This document shows, in pieces, positions 37,149-46,580 of a DNA stretch of 64,000 nt. The notes below the pieces were generated by a model, which had not been told where the DNA came from, searched no databases, and worked only from the letters and a program-made list of their open reading frames with translations. This DNA is from Trypanosoma brucei (Eukaryota), in contig CP000066.1 in NCBI GenBank assembly GCA_000002445.1, positions 128,001 through 192,000 on the forward strand, written 5' to 3'. The position numbers were made by a program, and so were the translations under genes. How positions within the stretch are numbered: the stretch's first letter is position 1; the number at the start of each line of letters is the position of its first letter.

Positions 37149-37493
37149 AATCCTCCTACCTACTTTTGAGTAGTGAAAAATAATAATAATTATTATTATT
37201 ATAAGGAAAGGTAGTGCAACAGAGCACGCAATTAAATCATGATTTTATTTGTGTTTATCTCCCCCTCCGCAATCAACGGTAAAAAAAGGGCCCAGCACCA
37301 CCGTACGTACCGTCAAGTAGCAGAGTTAGTAACTTCAATGAAAATTGCTGCATCGCTGCTGCTCCCACAAACAACGTAATGCCAAGAAACAAATAAAGGA
37401 GGCAACCCTTCGAGTGGTCTTCGTGAGGCATCAAAATGTGAAGCTTCATGCAACCAAACCAAAATTATAGACACGCATATGTACATGTACATG

Positions 37494-37530
37494 TATATAT
37501 TATATTATATATATATATATATATATATAC
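37494..37530. repeat. (TA)n microsatellite
   Basis: atgtatatattatattatatatatatatatatatatatac read directly. Confidence 0.9.
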
Positions 37531-37708
37531 TTATTTGCTTATGTGCAAAAGCAGCACCTAATAATGATACAGCTTACTCGCACTACTCCACCCCCCCTCC
37601 TCCTCGAAAGAACTTTGAAAATTGCTTACCGGCAGCACGTTTCAATTGCGGTATCGCCACCACTCGGACGCAACGGTTGGGTCATACAAAAGGGTTTCAA
37701 TGGAAATG

Positions 37709-39481
37709 TTAATAACGAGGTCGCGGATGGCCCACCACCTTTAGACCATTACCAGGTACAATCGGTATAAGAAACTTATGCGGCCGTCCCACTTCCTGCT
37801 GAAGTTCCTTGTTGATTTCGGTATCACTTTGAGAGACGGCGCCATGCAACTGCAGATCCCAGTTGAGAAATAAATAAGCCAGGGCAACTTGGGTTTCCAT
37901 CATGGAAAGATGCTGCCCGAGGCAGTTACGGGGACCGTTGATGAAAGGAATAAACGCATACGGGTCGATGCGTTTCTCGTACTTTTCACCAGTTGGTGGT
38001 GAATTTGTGTCATTCGGTATGGCGACATCGAGAAATCGTTCTGGATTGAATGATCCAGGATCTTCCCAGATATCTGGCCGCTGATGAACGCCCTCAATTC
38101 CCACGGCTACCGAACAGCCGGCAGGAATAACAACATCTTTATCGAGGCCTGTTTCAGAAGCAGGCCACTTATCGTTATTGACAGCCACCCGCATTACCAA
38201 CGGAACAACGCTATGTTTACGCAATGTTTCACGCAGAACAGCAGGCGTCCAGCGCAGTGAGCTCCGTACAGCAGATGCGGATGGAATGCCCCACACACCT
38301 TCTGGTGTTTCCATAGTTCTGTCGCAATGCGCCGGATCAAAAAGTGCCTTCGCCTCCTCCACCACCTTGTCCCGTATTTCTGGATGGCATATAACTTCGT
38401 AAGTGGCCCATGTGAGCAACGCTGCAGATGTCTCATGACCAGCAAGAAGTAACGTCTTCACATCGTCTCGAAGCTGGAGGAGCATATTATTATCGAGAGC
38501 ATCAACTTGCGACAAACAAAGGGACATGACATCTTTCTGAGAACCTTCATTTCGTTGCCTCCAGCGCTCCTGAATGATGTCGCAGATGACTGCATTAAGT
38601 CGCTTCAAACACCTGCGCCGCTCTCGAAAGCCATCGGAAAAGAACATGAAGGCGCGCCACGGCTCCCAAACTCGGCGGTTACACTCGTGTACAATTGGCA
38701 AATAGAGGGTTGGAAAAATGCGATCCGTTTCCTCAGCGCTCAGGGACAACACCGTCTCTCCAATCACCTGTAACGTCAGGTGCCGAAATTCTTCGTTAAG
38801 GTCTAAAAACGGAACCCCACTGCCGACAGTTCGCAATTTCTCCATTATTCTTCCAACAGCCCTCATAGTCATTTCAGGCATATCCTCAAGAATATCAATT
38901 CGCAGTGAATGTGAAAGCATGAGTCGTCCCTTTCTCCATTTATGCCCCTCAGCTGTAACTAGACCATTCCCAAGGAGACACATGAAGTGTTTGTATGACG
39001 ATGCGATATCTTTCGTATAATTCCGCTGGTTGCTGAGCAGCACACGCTTGATGAGAGCTGGTTCATTAATGTACACCACGCGCTGACTAAAAACAGTAAA
39101 TGCCACGATTCGATTAGTTCCTGCTTTGGTTACTGCCACCGTATTTTCTCTCTTTGCCTTCCATGGCCTAAGACTCCATGAGGCCATTTTAGAAGACGGA
39201 GAACCTTCCAAAAGTTCTAAAGCGTGACCCAACACCGGAAGCCCGCCAGGAGCGCGTGGAATATTCGCCAAGTAACGGTCCATACGAATAGCCGGCACCA
39301 CAACGTTGGACAACCACAACATTATAATGAACATCAACATTGACATGAAACCCACCCAAATAAGGTCACTCGTTGAATAGTATAAAAAAATATCGTTAAG
39401 AAACATAAATGACCCCGAAACGAACCCTCCATTAAGACTTGAGGTATTCGTTATTACAGCCATCGACTGCAATTGCTTCAC
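37709..39481 (-). CDS. Cytochrome P450 monooxygenase (membrane-anchored)
   Basis: Three P450 signatures are present: heme-thiolate FINGPRNCLGQHL (FxxGxRxCxG), I-helix LLAGHETSA (AGxxT), and K-helix ETLRKHS (ExxR), plus an N-terminal transmembrane anchor. 590 aa. Confidence 0.85.
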   Translation of the reverse strand: MKQLQSMAVITNTSSLNGGFVSGSFMFLNDIFLYYSTSDLIWVGFMSMLMFIIMLWLSNVVVPAIRMDRYLANIPRAPGGLPVLGHALELLEGSPSSKMASWSLRPWKAKRENTVAVTKAGTNRIVAFTVFSQRVVYINEPALIKRVLLSNQRNYTKDIASSYKHFMCLLGNGLVTAEGHKWRKGRLMLSHSLRIDILEDMPEMTMRAVGRIMEKLRTVGSGVPFLDLNEEFRHLTLQVIGETVLSLSAEETDRIFPTLYLPIVHECNRRVWEPWRAFMFFSDGFRERRRCLKRLNAVICDIIQERWRQRNEGSQKDVMSLCLSQVDALDNNMLLQLRDDVKTLLLAGHETSAALLTWATYEVICHPEIRDKVVEEAKALFDPAHCDRTMETPEGVWGIPSASAVRSSLRWTPAVLRETLRKHSVVPLVMRVAVNNDKWPASETGLDKDVVIPAGCSVAVGIEGVHQRPDIWEDPGSFNPERFLDVAIPNDTNSPPTGEKYEKRIDPYAFIPFINGPRNCLGQHLSMMETQVALAYLFLNWDLQLHGAVSQSDTEINKELQQEVGRPHKFLIPIVPGNGLKVVGHPRPRY

Positions 39482-39971
39482 TATATATAAATAAATAAAT
39501 ATTTATATTAATATTTATATTTAAAAAAATTTTACTGCTCCACCGATGCTGAAGGCACAGACAGACAGACAGACACACACACACCAACTGATATAAGACG
39601 AGAAAAAACAAACAAAAAACAAACTAACAAACTAACAAATATAATTTTTAACGGTAAATGTAACTTACAGACTAAACTACCAGTCACTTGGCGATGTAAC
39701 GTCCTACCTTGATAACTCTCTCTCTCTCTCTCGAAAAAAAAAGGCTCGTCAAACGGTAGAGGGGAAGACAAAAAAAAAAGATAAACGCTAAAATAATAAT
39801 GATAATGATTGAACTTGCTTGATTTTTTTAAAAAAAAATGCAGAAAGAAAGAAAAGGTAAGTATAAAAATACAAATAAATGCACAGACAAAAAAAATAAT
39901 AAACAAACAAATGTATATTTAGTTAAGCAAAGAAGGTGCAGATACTGGATAAATTTTGCAACTCCTGTAGA

Positions 39972-40251
39972 ATACAGTCTCCACTCCACTCATCACCACA
40001 AGGGGAGGAGAAAAAAAAATGGAGAAGAAAACACGCACTCGCATGCCGAATGACTCACAACATACACACATACTTTGCAACCCAATGTCTACTGGCCTTA
40101 ATAAGCACATTCACATCAGAAATATATCGGCACATCAGGAGGCAACAAATGTTTTGGATGGTGTAAAAGAAATATTTCCGCATGTTTGTCTAGTGGAATC
40201 ATCCACTTGTCAGCTCAGTCATATTATAAGTTTATTATTGCGTGTAACTTC
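39972..40251. repeat. Copy 1 of a ~270 bp dispersed direct repeat (second copy at 61857-62122), intergenic between the kinase and P450 genes
   Basis: Lining up by eye, atacagtctccactccactcatcaccaca...ggagaagaaaacacgcactcgcatgccgaatgactcacaacatacacaca...gcgtgtaacttc is about 95% identical to 61857-62122, with a few substitutions and two small indels. Both copies have the same orientation. It produces the spurious matching ORF N-termini MEKKTRTRMPNDSQHTH at 40019 and 61890. Confidence 0.85.
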
Positions 40252-40910
40252 TTCACACATTCATATTTTTTCCCCTTTCCTTTTAGAGTTGCCCTTTCGA
40301 AGGTGTTTTTTTTTTTTCACGATATCCGGTCAGTGCACGTTAGTGGTGTTGAAAGGTAAAATAAAAAGCATAAAACGCTTTCTTGTACGCAATCAACGCA
40401 ACAGCTATCATGATGATAACACGTGTTTCCACCGTAACTTGAACCTAAAGAGTTGCGAAAACCAAAAAAAAAAAAAGAAGGAGGAGGAACAATTAAAAAG
40501 CGGGAGTTGCAGTCTTTCACAGCGTAGACAAACGAATATGCACAAAAACAAACATTGTGCTAAACGTAAAAGGCAGTCAGTCACATTTAGGTGGAACACA
40601 AATATCGAAGCATATAAATAGATACTTAATGAACATCGTACAACCCCGAACAACGGTTGCAGTATTCTATGTCAGCTGCGCTAATCATGACAATAGCCTC
40701 CACGTACCAAAGAAGGAGCAAAGGTAAAAACAACAGAGAAAAGGGAGAAAGAAACAAATGAAGAAAGAAGAGGAAGACAAAAAAAGAAAAAGAAAAGAAA
40801 AGAAGAACGATGCCTCTGCGTGGGTGCCATCGCCTTACGAAAGTTCATGCAGCATTGCATATGTAAATATATGTATCTGTATATCAATTTATTTCTTGTG
40901 TGTTCTTTCT

Positions 40911-42662
40911 CTAACTGTTGGAACCTTGGTTGTGCTCCCGGTGCTTCGCTAACAATGCTTTGATAGATGGGGAAACCGCTTGGGACCCGACGGAAGGTCC
41001 TACGCTGGCGAGTGTAGCGGGTGAGTTGCCCTGCGGGTGTGCCTTACCGAGAGAATTGGTATAAGTTTTATTCTCCGACGACTGAAAAGACGAAAGTTTA
41101 TATCGTGTTGAGTTGAGAAGTGTTGCCACCATGCCACCTTCCATTGGTGGGGGTTTGGCAAAATCGACCCCGCTCTTGCGTTGACTACCGGATGATCCAC
41201 AATTGGTAATATCTTTCCCCGGAGTCGCATTGCTTTGAAGTGAAGTGGAGCCGTGCTGCTTCTGCTGAGGATGGAGGCCCAACGTCTTCAACTCCCCGGC
41301 AAAATCGTCTATAAGTCCGTCTAAGTCTAACTCATCATTGTTAGAAGCGGGAGGAGGTTGCGCAACCGTCCTAGAAGGGATTTCTTTGTTATTTGAAGGA
41401 GAAAACTTTCCTGGCTTTGCCTCCGGTGGGAGAGGAGACGTCTTCATATTTGCAAGGGTCGTTTTTACATTTGAACCAAACTTCGGCTGAACGTCGGGTT
41501 TTCGATCGGAGGATTCGTTACTGGGACTGTACGAGTTCTGCTGCGGTACCACCGGTGGACTATTCGATGGACCTCCCGCCTTCGGTACCGCAGTTGTGGC
41601 CCCAACAGGTGGGCGATCCCCTTTTGTATCGGAATTCGGAACAACTGCACCTGACGGGGCGCTTTGCGGTCCGCTAGTGTGTTTCTTCAGTGCCTCTGCC
41701 ATCTGTTTTGGAACATTCGTTGGAGCGAAATTCTCTTCATCAACCCCAACATTAAAGTACGGATGTTGTAAACACTGCTGAGCAGTCGGCCGCCTCTTTG
41801 GGTCGTAATTCAACATTTGCTTCATCAAGTCCATGGCATGCGGTGGTACATGGGGCGGCATGACACGCTCTAAGCCCACACCATTGATGGAAGGAAAATT
41901 GTAACGAATCTTCTTTGCAAGAACCATACCATTGGGCCACACGCTTTCATTGGGTGATCCCAAAACGGCCATTATTTTATGCAGTTGGTCCACCTCGTTG
42001 CTACCCGCAAAGAGCGGGCGGGTGGTTATCATTTCCGCTATTATACAACCCACCGCCCATATGTCTACGGGGGAGCTGTAACATCTGTCTTGCAAAAGTA
42101 ATTCCGGTGCTCGATACCACCGTGTTGAAACATAATCCGTGTAGGGCGGCCGCGCTCGTATTTCCTTAACGAGACCAAAGTCAGCAAGCTTAACTATTTC
42201 CTGTGCGCTAGTGGATGGGTCCTTTCGTACCAGTAAATTTTCCGGTTTCATGTCTCTATGAAAGTACCCAGCGCGGTGTAAATACGCGAGCGACTGCAAA
42301 ATTTGAAATGTATAACTTTTGATTTTGGGGTATGCTAACGCAGGACCACTGGTTCCGGAGCCATAGCTCTGCATCTGTTTGGCTCTCCGAATAACACCCA
42401 GCAAATCCCCATCCATGAATTCAAAAACAAAAAACAATTCATTTTTCTCCCGAATCACCTCCCTCATTTTCACAATGTTGGGGTGGCCGTGCACACGACG
42501 CACAACAACAACCTCCGGGAGTTTCATGCATTCATCCCAGCTGTAATACTTTTGTTTCATTTTTTTAATAGCAACGAACTGACCTGATGACTTGTGCAAT
42601 GCCTTCACTACACACCCGAAGGTTCCATCTCCTAACTGATTGAGAAGTTGGTAGTTCTCCAT
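40911..42662 (-). CDS. Serine/threonine protein kinase of the MAK/ICK/MOK (RCK, LF4-like) family with TDY activation loop and long low-complexity C-terminal tail
   Basis: GDGTFGCV (glycine loop), VAIKKMK, HRDMKPENLL, and DFGLVKEIRARPPYTDYVSTRWYRAPE (TDY motif + APE) are all present. This is the CDK/MAPK-like fold with the TDY loop characteristic of MAK/ICK/LF4 kinases. The roughly 280 aa tail is Ser/Pro/Gln-rich. Confidence 0.9.
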   Translation of the reverse strand: MENYQLLNQLGDGTFGCVVKALHKSSGQFVAIKKMKQKYYSWDECMKLPEVVVVRRVHGHPNIVKMREVIREKNELFFVFEFMDGDLLGVIRRAKQMQSYGSGTSGPALAYPKIKSYTFQILQSLAYLHRAGYFHRDMKPENLLVRKDPSTSAQEIVKLADFGLVKEIRARPPYTDYVSTRWYRAPELLLQDRCYSSPVDIWAVGCIIAEMITTRPLFAGSNEVDQLHKIMAVLGSPNESVWPNGMVLAKKIRYNFPSINGVGLERVMPPHVPPHAMDLMKQMLNYDPKRRPTAQQCLQHPYFNVGVDEENFAPTNVPKQMAEALKKHTSGPQSAPSGAVVPNSDTKGDRPPVGATTAVPKAGGPSNSPPVVPQQNSYSPSNESSDRKPDVQPKFGSNVKTTLANMKTSPLPPEAKPGKFSPSNNKEIPSRTVAQPPPASNNDELDLDGLIDDFAGELKTLGLHPQQKQHGSTSLQSNATPGKDITNCGSSGSQRKSGVDFAKPPPMEGGMVATLLNSTRYKLSSFQSSENKTYTNSLGKAHPQGNSPATLASVGPSVGSQAVSPSIKALLAKHREHNQGSNS

Positions 42663-43014
42663 GCTATTTATTTATGTGTATGGAAAAGTGAGGTGAGTTA
42701 TTTTTGCTTTTGTTCTTTTTGTTCCTTCCCTACTTCCTTCTCCTCCCTCTCTCTCTTTCTTCTCTTTGTTTTTTTTGTTTCTCTCCCTCACACACTTTCT
42801 ATTATTACTTTTTTCTTCCCCCTTCTTTTCTGGTATTCCTCTCCGTATGTGTATGAATAATATAAAGATATAATTATATCGGCGTTTCAAAAGAATTCCT
42901 TTTGCCACACCTTCTTTTTGGCGTCACGGAATGCTATGAAACACACGGCAAATAATATAATTGGCAACCCCCAGTTAATTTTCGCTCCAAGCGATTGTTT
43001 GAGGGATTCCTTAG

Positions 43015-43060
43015 AGAAAAAAAAAGAAAAAGGAAAAAAGAAAATAAAAATCAGTGCAGG
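43015..43060 (-). promoter_or_regulatory. Polypyrimidine tract (minus strand) upstream of the kinase gene
   Basis: The plus strand reads agagaaaaaaaaagaaaaaggaaaaaagaaaataaaaatc, which is a C/T run on the minus strand about 350-400 nt upstream of the kinase ATG, with AG dinucleotides downstream on that strand. Confidence 0.35.
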
Positions 43061-43423
43061 AATATGTATCAGTTGTAAAAAAAAAGTAGAAAATGCATGA
43101 ACGTCACTATCACACAAAACAATAGGTTCTCAACCATATACATAATTATATATGTATATTTTGTTAGCATTTATATGTTTGTTTATGTTTTGAATTAATT
43201 TTTTTTCCACTATATTCTGTTTGGCTCTAAAAATAAAACATTTCCTCATGAATACGCCACACAGAAAAGATAAGAATTTCACCCAAGTAGAAACAAAGAA
43301 GAGAAGAGAAAAGAGGAAAGAGGAGGAGGGACACACACACACACACACAATCATTCCTATAGATGTACATGCAACCCTGTAGCTTAATAAATGTTTCTGA
43401 AACTAAACACACTTGCACATACG

Positions 43424-43427
<4 letters not shown>

Positions 43428-43455
<28 letters not shown>
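43428..43455. repeat. (TA)n microsatellite
   Basis: atatatatatatatatatatatatatatgtatg read directly. Confidence 0.9.
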
Positions 43456-43460
<5 letters not shown>

Positions 43461-43634
43461 AGAATTGGAAAAAAATAACCAGGTAAATAAAGATAATAAT
43501 AATAATAATCATCATCATCGTCACTGAAAAAACAAACAAACAAACAACAAACAACACCGAATTCAACCACCTACGTATCGATCCTCCTACTAATCTAAAT
43601 AATAATAATAATAAATCAAATGCACTCCATAGTT

Positions 43635-43892
43635 TTATGGATGAAGCGAATGCGGATCCGGGGGCCATGCGCCTGCCAAACCTCCATGAGCGCCTGCAAT
43701 CAGTAAAGCACCAAATATAAAATTAGGAATCATATTGCTGATAGTCCACATCCCAAGTACATTAAATTGTGTTACAAAACTCTTTGGTTGATACACGGGT
43801 TTGGGGCCACTGAAATTCAAGGGGACAACACGTCCTTTTCCAATAGGTGCCACAATAGTGGAATATAAAGACGGTACGCTACGGCGTAACAT
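43635..43892 (-). CDS. Candidate small mitochondrial membrane protein (85 aa), hypothetical
   Basis: MLRRSVPSLYSTIVAPIGKGRVVPLNFSGPKPVYQPKSFVTQFNVLGMWTISNMIPNFIFGALLIAGAHGGLAGAWPP starts with an Arg/Ser-rich presequence-like N-terminus and has a Gly-rich transmembrane helix. Composition is not low-complexity. It is co-oriented with the array. Confidence 0.4.
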   Translation of the reverse strand: MLRRSVPSLYSTIVAPIGKGRVVPLNFSGPKPVYQPKSFVTQFNVLGMWTISNMIPNFIFGALLIAGAHGGLAGAWPPDPHSLHP

Positions 43893-44361
43893 ATCACGCA
43901 GCAGAGAGTAGTTCCTTAGAGATTATATTATAATAATATATATTTTTCTTCTCTTTTTTTTTGCTTCTTTTCTTATGCCAACAGATGCATTGCAAAACAA
44001 TAAACAAATAAATAAATGGACAGAAGATAGAAATAGATAAAAATAAAAATAAAAGTAACAAAAAAAAGAGGGGAAAGAAGGAAAAGAAAAGAGATGTAAA
44101 AGTAGTAGAAGCAGCAGAAGGGAGGGAAACTGACTAAGGTGAGTAATTTCTATCACCAATTAACAAATTTTATGTATATTATTGCGAGCGGACCGATCAC
44201 TACCAAATTTGCACATGCATACAGAAAGAGTTCAACCAACAAAGAAAAAAGAACCAAAATGAAAAAAAAATGAAAAAAAAAGAAGAAGAGATGTCAAACT
44301 ATGCGTAACGGAGTTATATGTAAACCCACGCATAATAATTTTCATATCTTTACACAATATA

Positions 44362-46425
44362 CTACACGATGTCGGCGTTACGTGGAGCTACGACTTCTCT
44401 CACTCCCAAAAGTGACTCCATGCCTTCATAAACTGAAGGAAGCACTTGGGAGTAAAATAATGATGCCGTAAGAATCCCAACACCATATGAAACCTCCAAC
44501 TGTACATCCGTACTGCAGAGCATCAATACGAAGAATTGACCCACATAATTTAGCGGTATCTCCACTACACCGACAGAAATGAGAAGAATCAACAACTGCT
44601 GCCAAGCTTTAGGAAAGTCTCGAAGGACATATTCCAAACCAATTAAATTAACACAGAAGGCAATAACAAAATAAAGTCCAAGTACCCAATGATAGAAATG
44701 ATGGAAACTCCACAGAATACCTCCATCAAAGCCTGTAGCAATATACATACAAACTTTGAGGTAATATCCACCAAGACAAAACACAACTAAAATTAAAAAT
44801 AGGCGCATCACGTAAGAAAGAAGAATGCAACAAGTGGGTACGCAAACGGGGTGACGCGCACTGCCATACGGCGACAAGGGAACACACTCAAGTACTAAAG
44901 TATATGGAGTTTTGCACTCAGCGCAAACTCGTCTATGTTCCACATTCGTTGTGGTGTTTCTCCACTTTTCTAAGCATTGCCTGTGGACATACTTTGATGT
45001 GCCATCGCAAGCGCAAGGAGAAAACAAATCCTCAACAGGATCGGTGCACCGGCATATTCGGCACAAATCACCGCTCTCACCATCATCACCATCATCATCA
45101 TCGTCATCAACACTATTATTATTATTATTATTGTTATTCCCATCAGTCCCTTGCGCCAAAGTGCCGCGCGTTCCTCCCTCACGTGTATTACCAGCGCCAA
45201 GTGTTTCCTCATCAGCAGAAATCAAAATAACACCTTCATCTTCTCGAGATCTACGGAACAAACGACGGATACGTTCAAGAAGCGTGCGTAATGTCGGTAA
45301 CAACAACTCAGTCCAAACTTCAACACCGGCTCGACGCAACGCTGCAAGAATTCGAAGAATTGGGAAACACGGGAGGTCATCACCTTCAACTTCCTCAAAA
45401 AGAACGGTACGTTGCCGTCCCTCCAATGGTACAGCCCGCCAAAGTCGCACACCCAACTCTTTTGTACCAATAACAAATGAAAAAAATATACATAAACATC
45501 CACCAAGCAGAAACAGAGATCCGGTAACTGACCCCGTCAACCACATGCGGAAATGAAACGCATCGGCAGGCGTACGTAACACAACCAAAATATCAACTTC
45601 ACATGCCGAGTCGGGTGGTAATGCAGCGGAAATCCGCAGGAGCCATGGCGTATTCCATGAAAGTGGATTATGCGGGTGATGAATAATCCTTCCACTAAAA
45701 CTTTCCAGCGGTATGTTTTTATAACTATCCGTATAGCGGAAACTGCTGGCCTGGACGCATTCATCAATTAATTCATTACAACTTTGAACAGCGTCGTGGC
45801 GCGGTCCTCCACCAAAAAAGGGCAAGTTTGATGATGCCGTACCTTCAATTGGAAATGGAAAGGTTAAATTGCTATTATTACCACCACTACCACCAGTTAC
45901 TGAAATGAAGCGTCGCACAGCTTCTTTATTTGTTGGCCCCAAAACGGAGTCTTTCCGCAATAAAGAAACGAAATGACTTTCCCATCCGCCACGAAATCGT
46001 AGCAGAATCGTGCCACCAAAATGAAGTAAAGAACACGAATCCACTTTGGGTGCTGCATCAGAGGAACTATTAAAAGGTGTGCAGAAGGGAATAAGAAATA
46101 GAAACTTTTTCACCTTCAAAACACGTTTCTCCTCAGTCCCGTAGTTGCTAAAATTAACAATTGCATGCAACGCAAATAAGCGCGCAGGATTCGGTCCCGC
46201 ATAAATGGTGCTACGCAAACCCAAATCTACATTACGCCACGTCGTAATGGAGAGAGTTTCGTTAAGTTTCGCATCGAAAAGAGCTAAAGACGGTTGAAAA
46301 GCAGCATCCGCAACACCTGCAACCGCACATACGGCAACAACAATAAAATATAAGAGCATTTCCCACAGGATGGGAGGGAGGAGAAAAAAAAAAACGATTG
46401 TTGAAATCCTTGCGAATTCGTACAC
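44362..46425 (-). CDS. Multi-pass membrane protein with RING-CH (MARCH-type) zinc finger; putative E3 ubiquitin ligase
   Basis: CRICRCTDPVEDLFSPCACDGTSKYVHRQCLEKWRN...CAECKTPY has the C4HC3 RING-variant spacing of MARCH/RING-CH proteins. A poly-Asn/poly-Asp acidic linker (NNNNNNNNSVDDDDDDGDDGESGD) precedes it, and at least four C-terminal transmembrane helices follow. An N-terminal signal/TM (MLLYFIVVAVCAVAGVADA) plus a large luminal domain comes before the RING. 687 aa from the first ATG; the true start may be the internal MLLYF. Confidence 0.75.
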   Translation of the reverse strand: MYEFARISTIVFFFLLPPILWEMLLYFIVVAVCAVAGVADAAFQPSLALFDAKLNETLSITTWRNVDLGLRSTIYAGPNPARLFALHAIVNFSNYGTEEKRVLKVKKFLFLIPFCTPFNSSSDAAPKVDSCSLLHFGGTILLRFRGGWESHFVSLLRKDSVLGPTNKEAVRRFISVTGGSGGNNSNLTFPFPIEGTASSNLPFFGGGPRHDAVQSCNELIDECVQASSFRYTDSYKNIPLESFSGRIIHHPHNPLSWNTPWLLRISAALPPDSACEVDILVVLRTPADAFHFRMWLTGSVTGSLFLLGGCLCIFFSFVIGTKELGVRLWRAVPLEGRQRTVLFEEVEGDDLPCFPILRILAALRRAGVEVWTELLLPTLRTLLERIRRLFRRSREDEGVILISADEETLGAGNTREGGTRGTLAQGTDGNNNNNNNNSVDDDDDDGDDGESGDLCRICRCTDPVEDLFSPCACDGTSKYVHRQCLEKWRNTTTNVEHRRVCAECKTPYTLVLECVPLSPYGSARHPVCVPTCCILLSYVMRLFLILVVFCLGGYYLKVCMYIATGFDGGILWSFHHFYHWVLGLYFVIAFCVNLIGLEYVLRDFPKAWQQLLILLISVGVVEIPLNYVGQFFVLMLCSTDVQLEVSYGVGILTASLFYSQVLPSVYEGMESLLGVREVVAPRNADIV

Positions 46426-46514
46426 AAATTTGTAAATGTAGAGATATGAGAAGTTTGAAGGAGAGAAAAAATAAAATAGAGAAAATAAAATGCACGAGAT
46501 ATGTAATCCAAAGC

Positions 46515-46545
46515 ACAGACACAGACAGACAGACAGACAGACACA

Positions 46546-46578
<33 letters not shown>

Positions 46579-46580
46579 GT
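46515..46580. repeat. Compound (CAGA)n-(TA)n microsatellite
   Basis: cacagacacagacagacagacagacagacacatatatgtatatatatatatatatatatatatat read directly. A similar (CAGA)n(CA)n occurs at 39553-39582. Confidence 0.9.

Noticed and set aside
36607-37173. 188 aa plus-strand ORF
   Set aside because: Entirely antisense to the 482 aa minus-strand gene 35700-37148. Pro/Gly/Arg-rich composition typical of antisense frames.
40019-40621. 200 aa plus-strand ORF, and the 91 aa ORF at 61890-62165, sharing the N-terminus MEKKTRTRMPNDSQHTH
   Set aside because: The shared start is just the 270 bp nucleotide repeat translated. The ORFs diverge immediately outside it and are antisense to the polycistron.
44912-45556. 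214 aa plus-strand ORF rich in His/Ser/Leu
   Set aside because: Antisense to the MARCH gene. Its His/Leu/Ser runs are the reverse-complement reading of the (AAT)n/(GAT)n tract.
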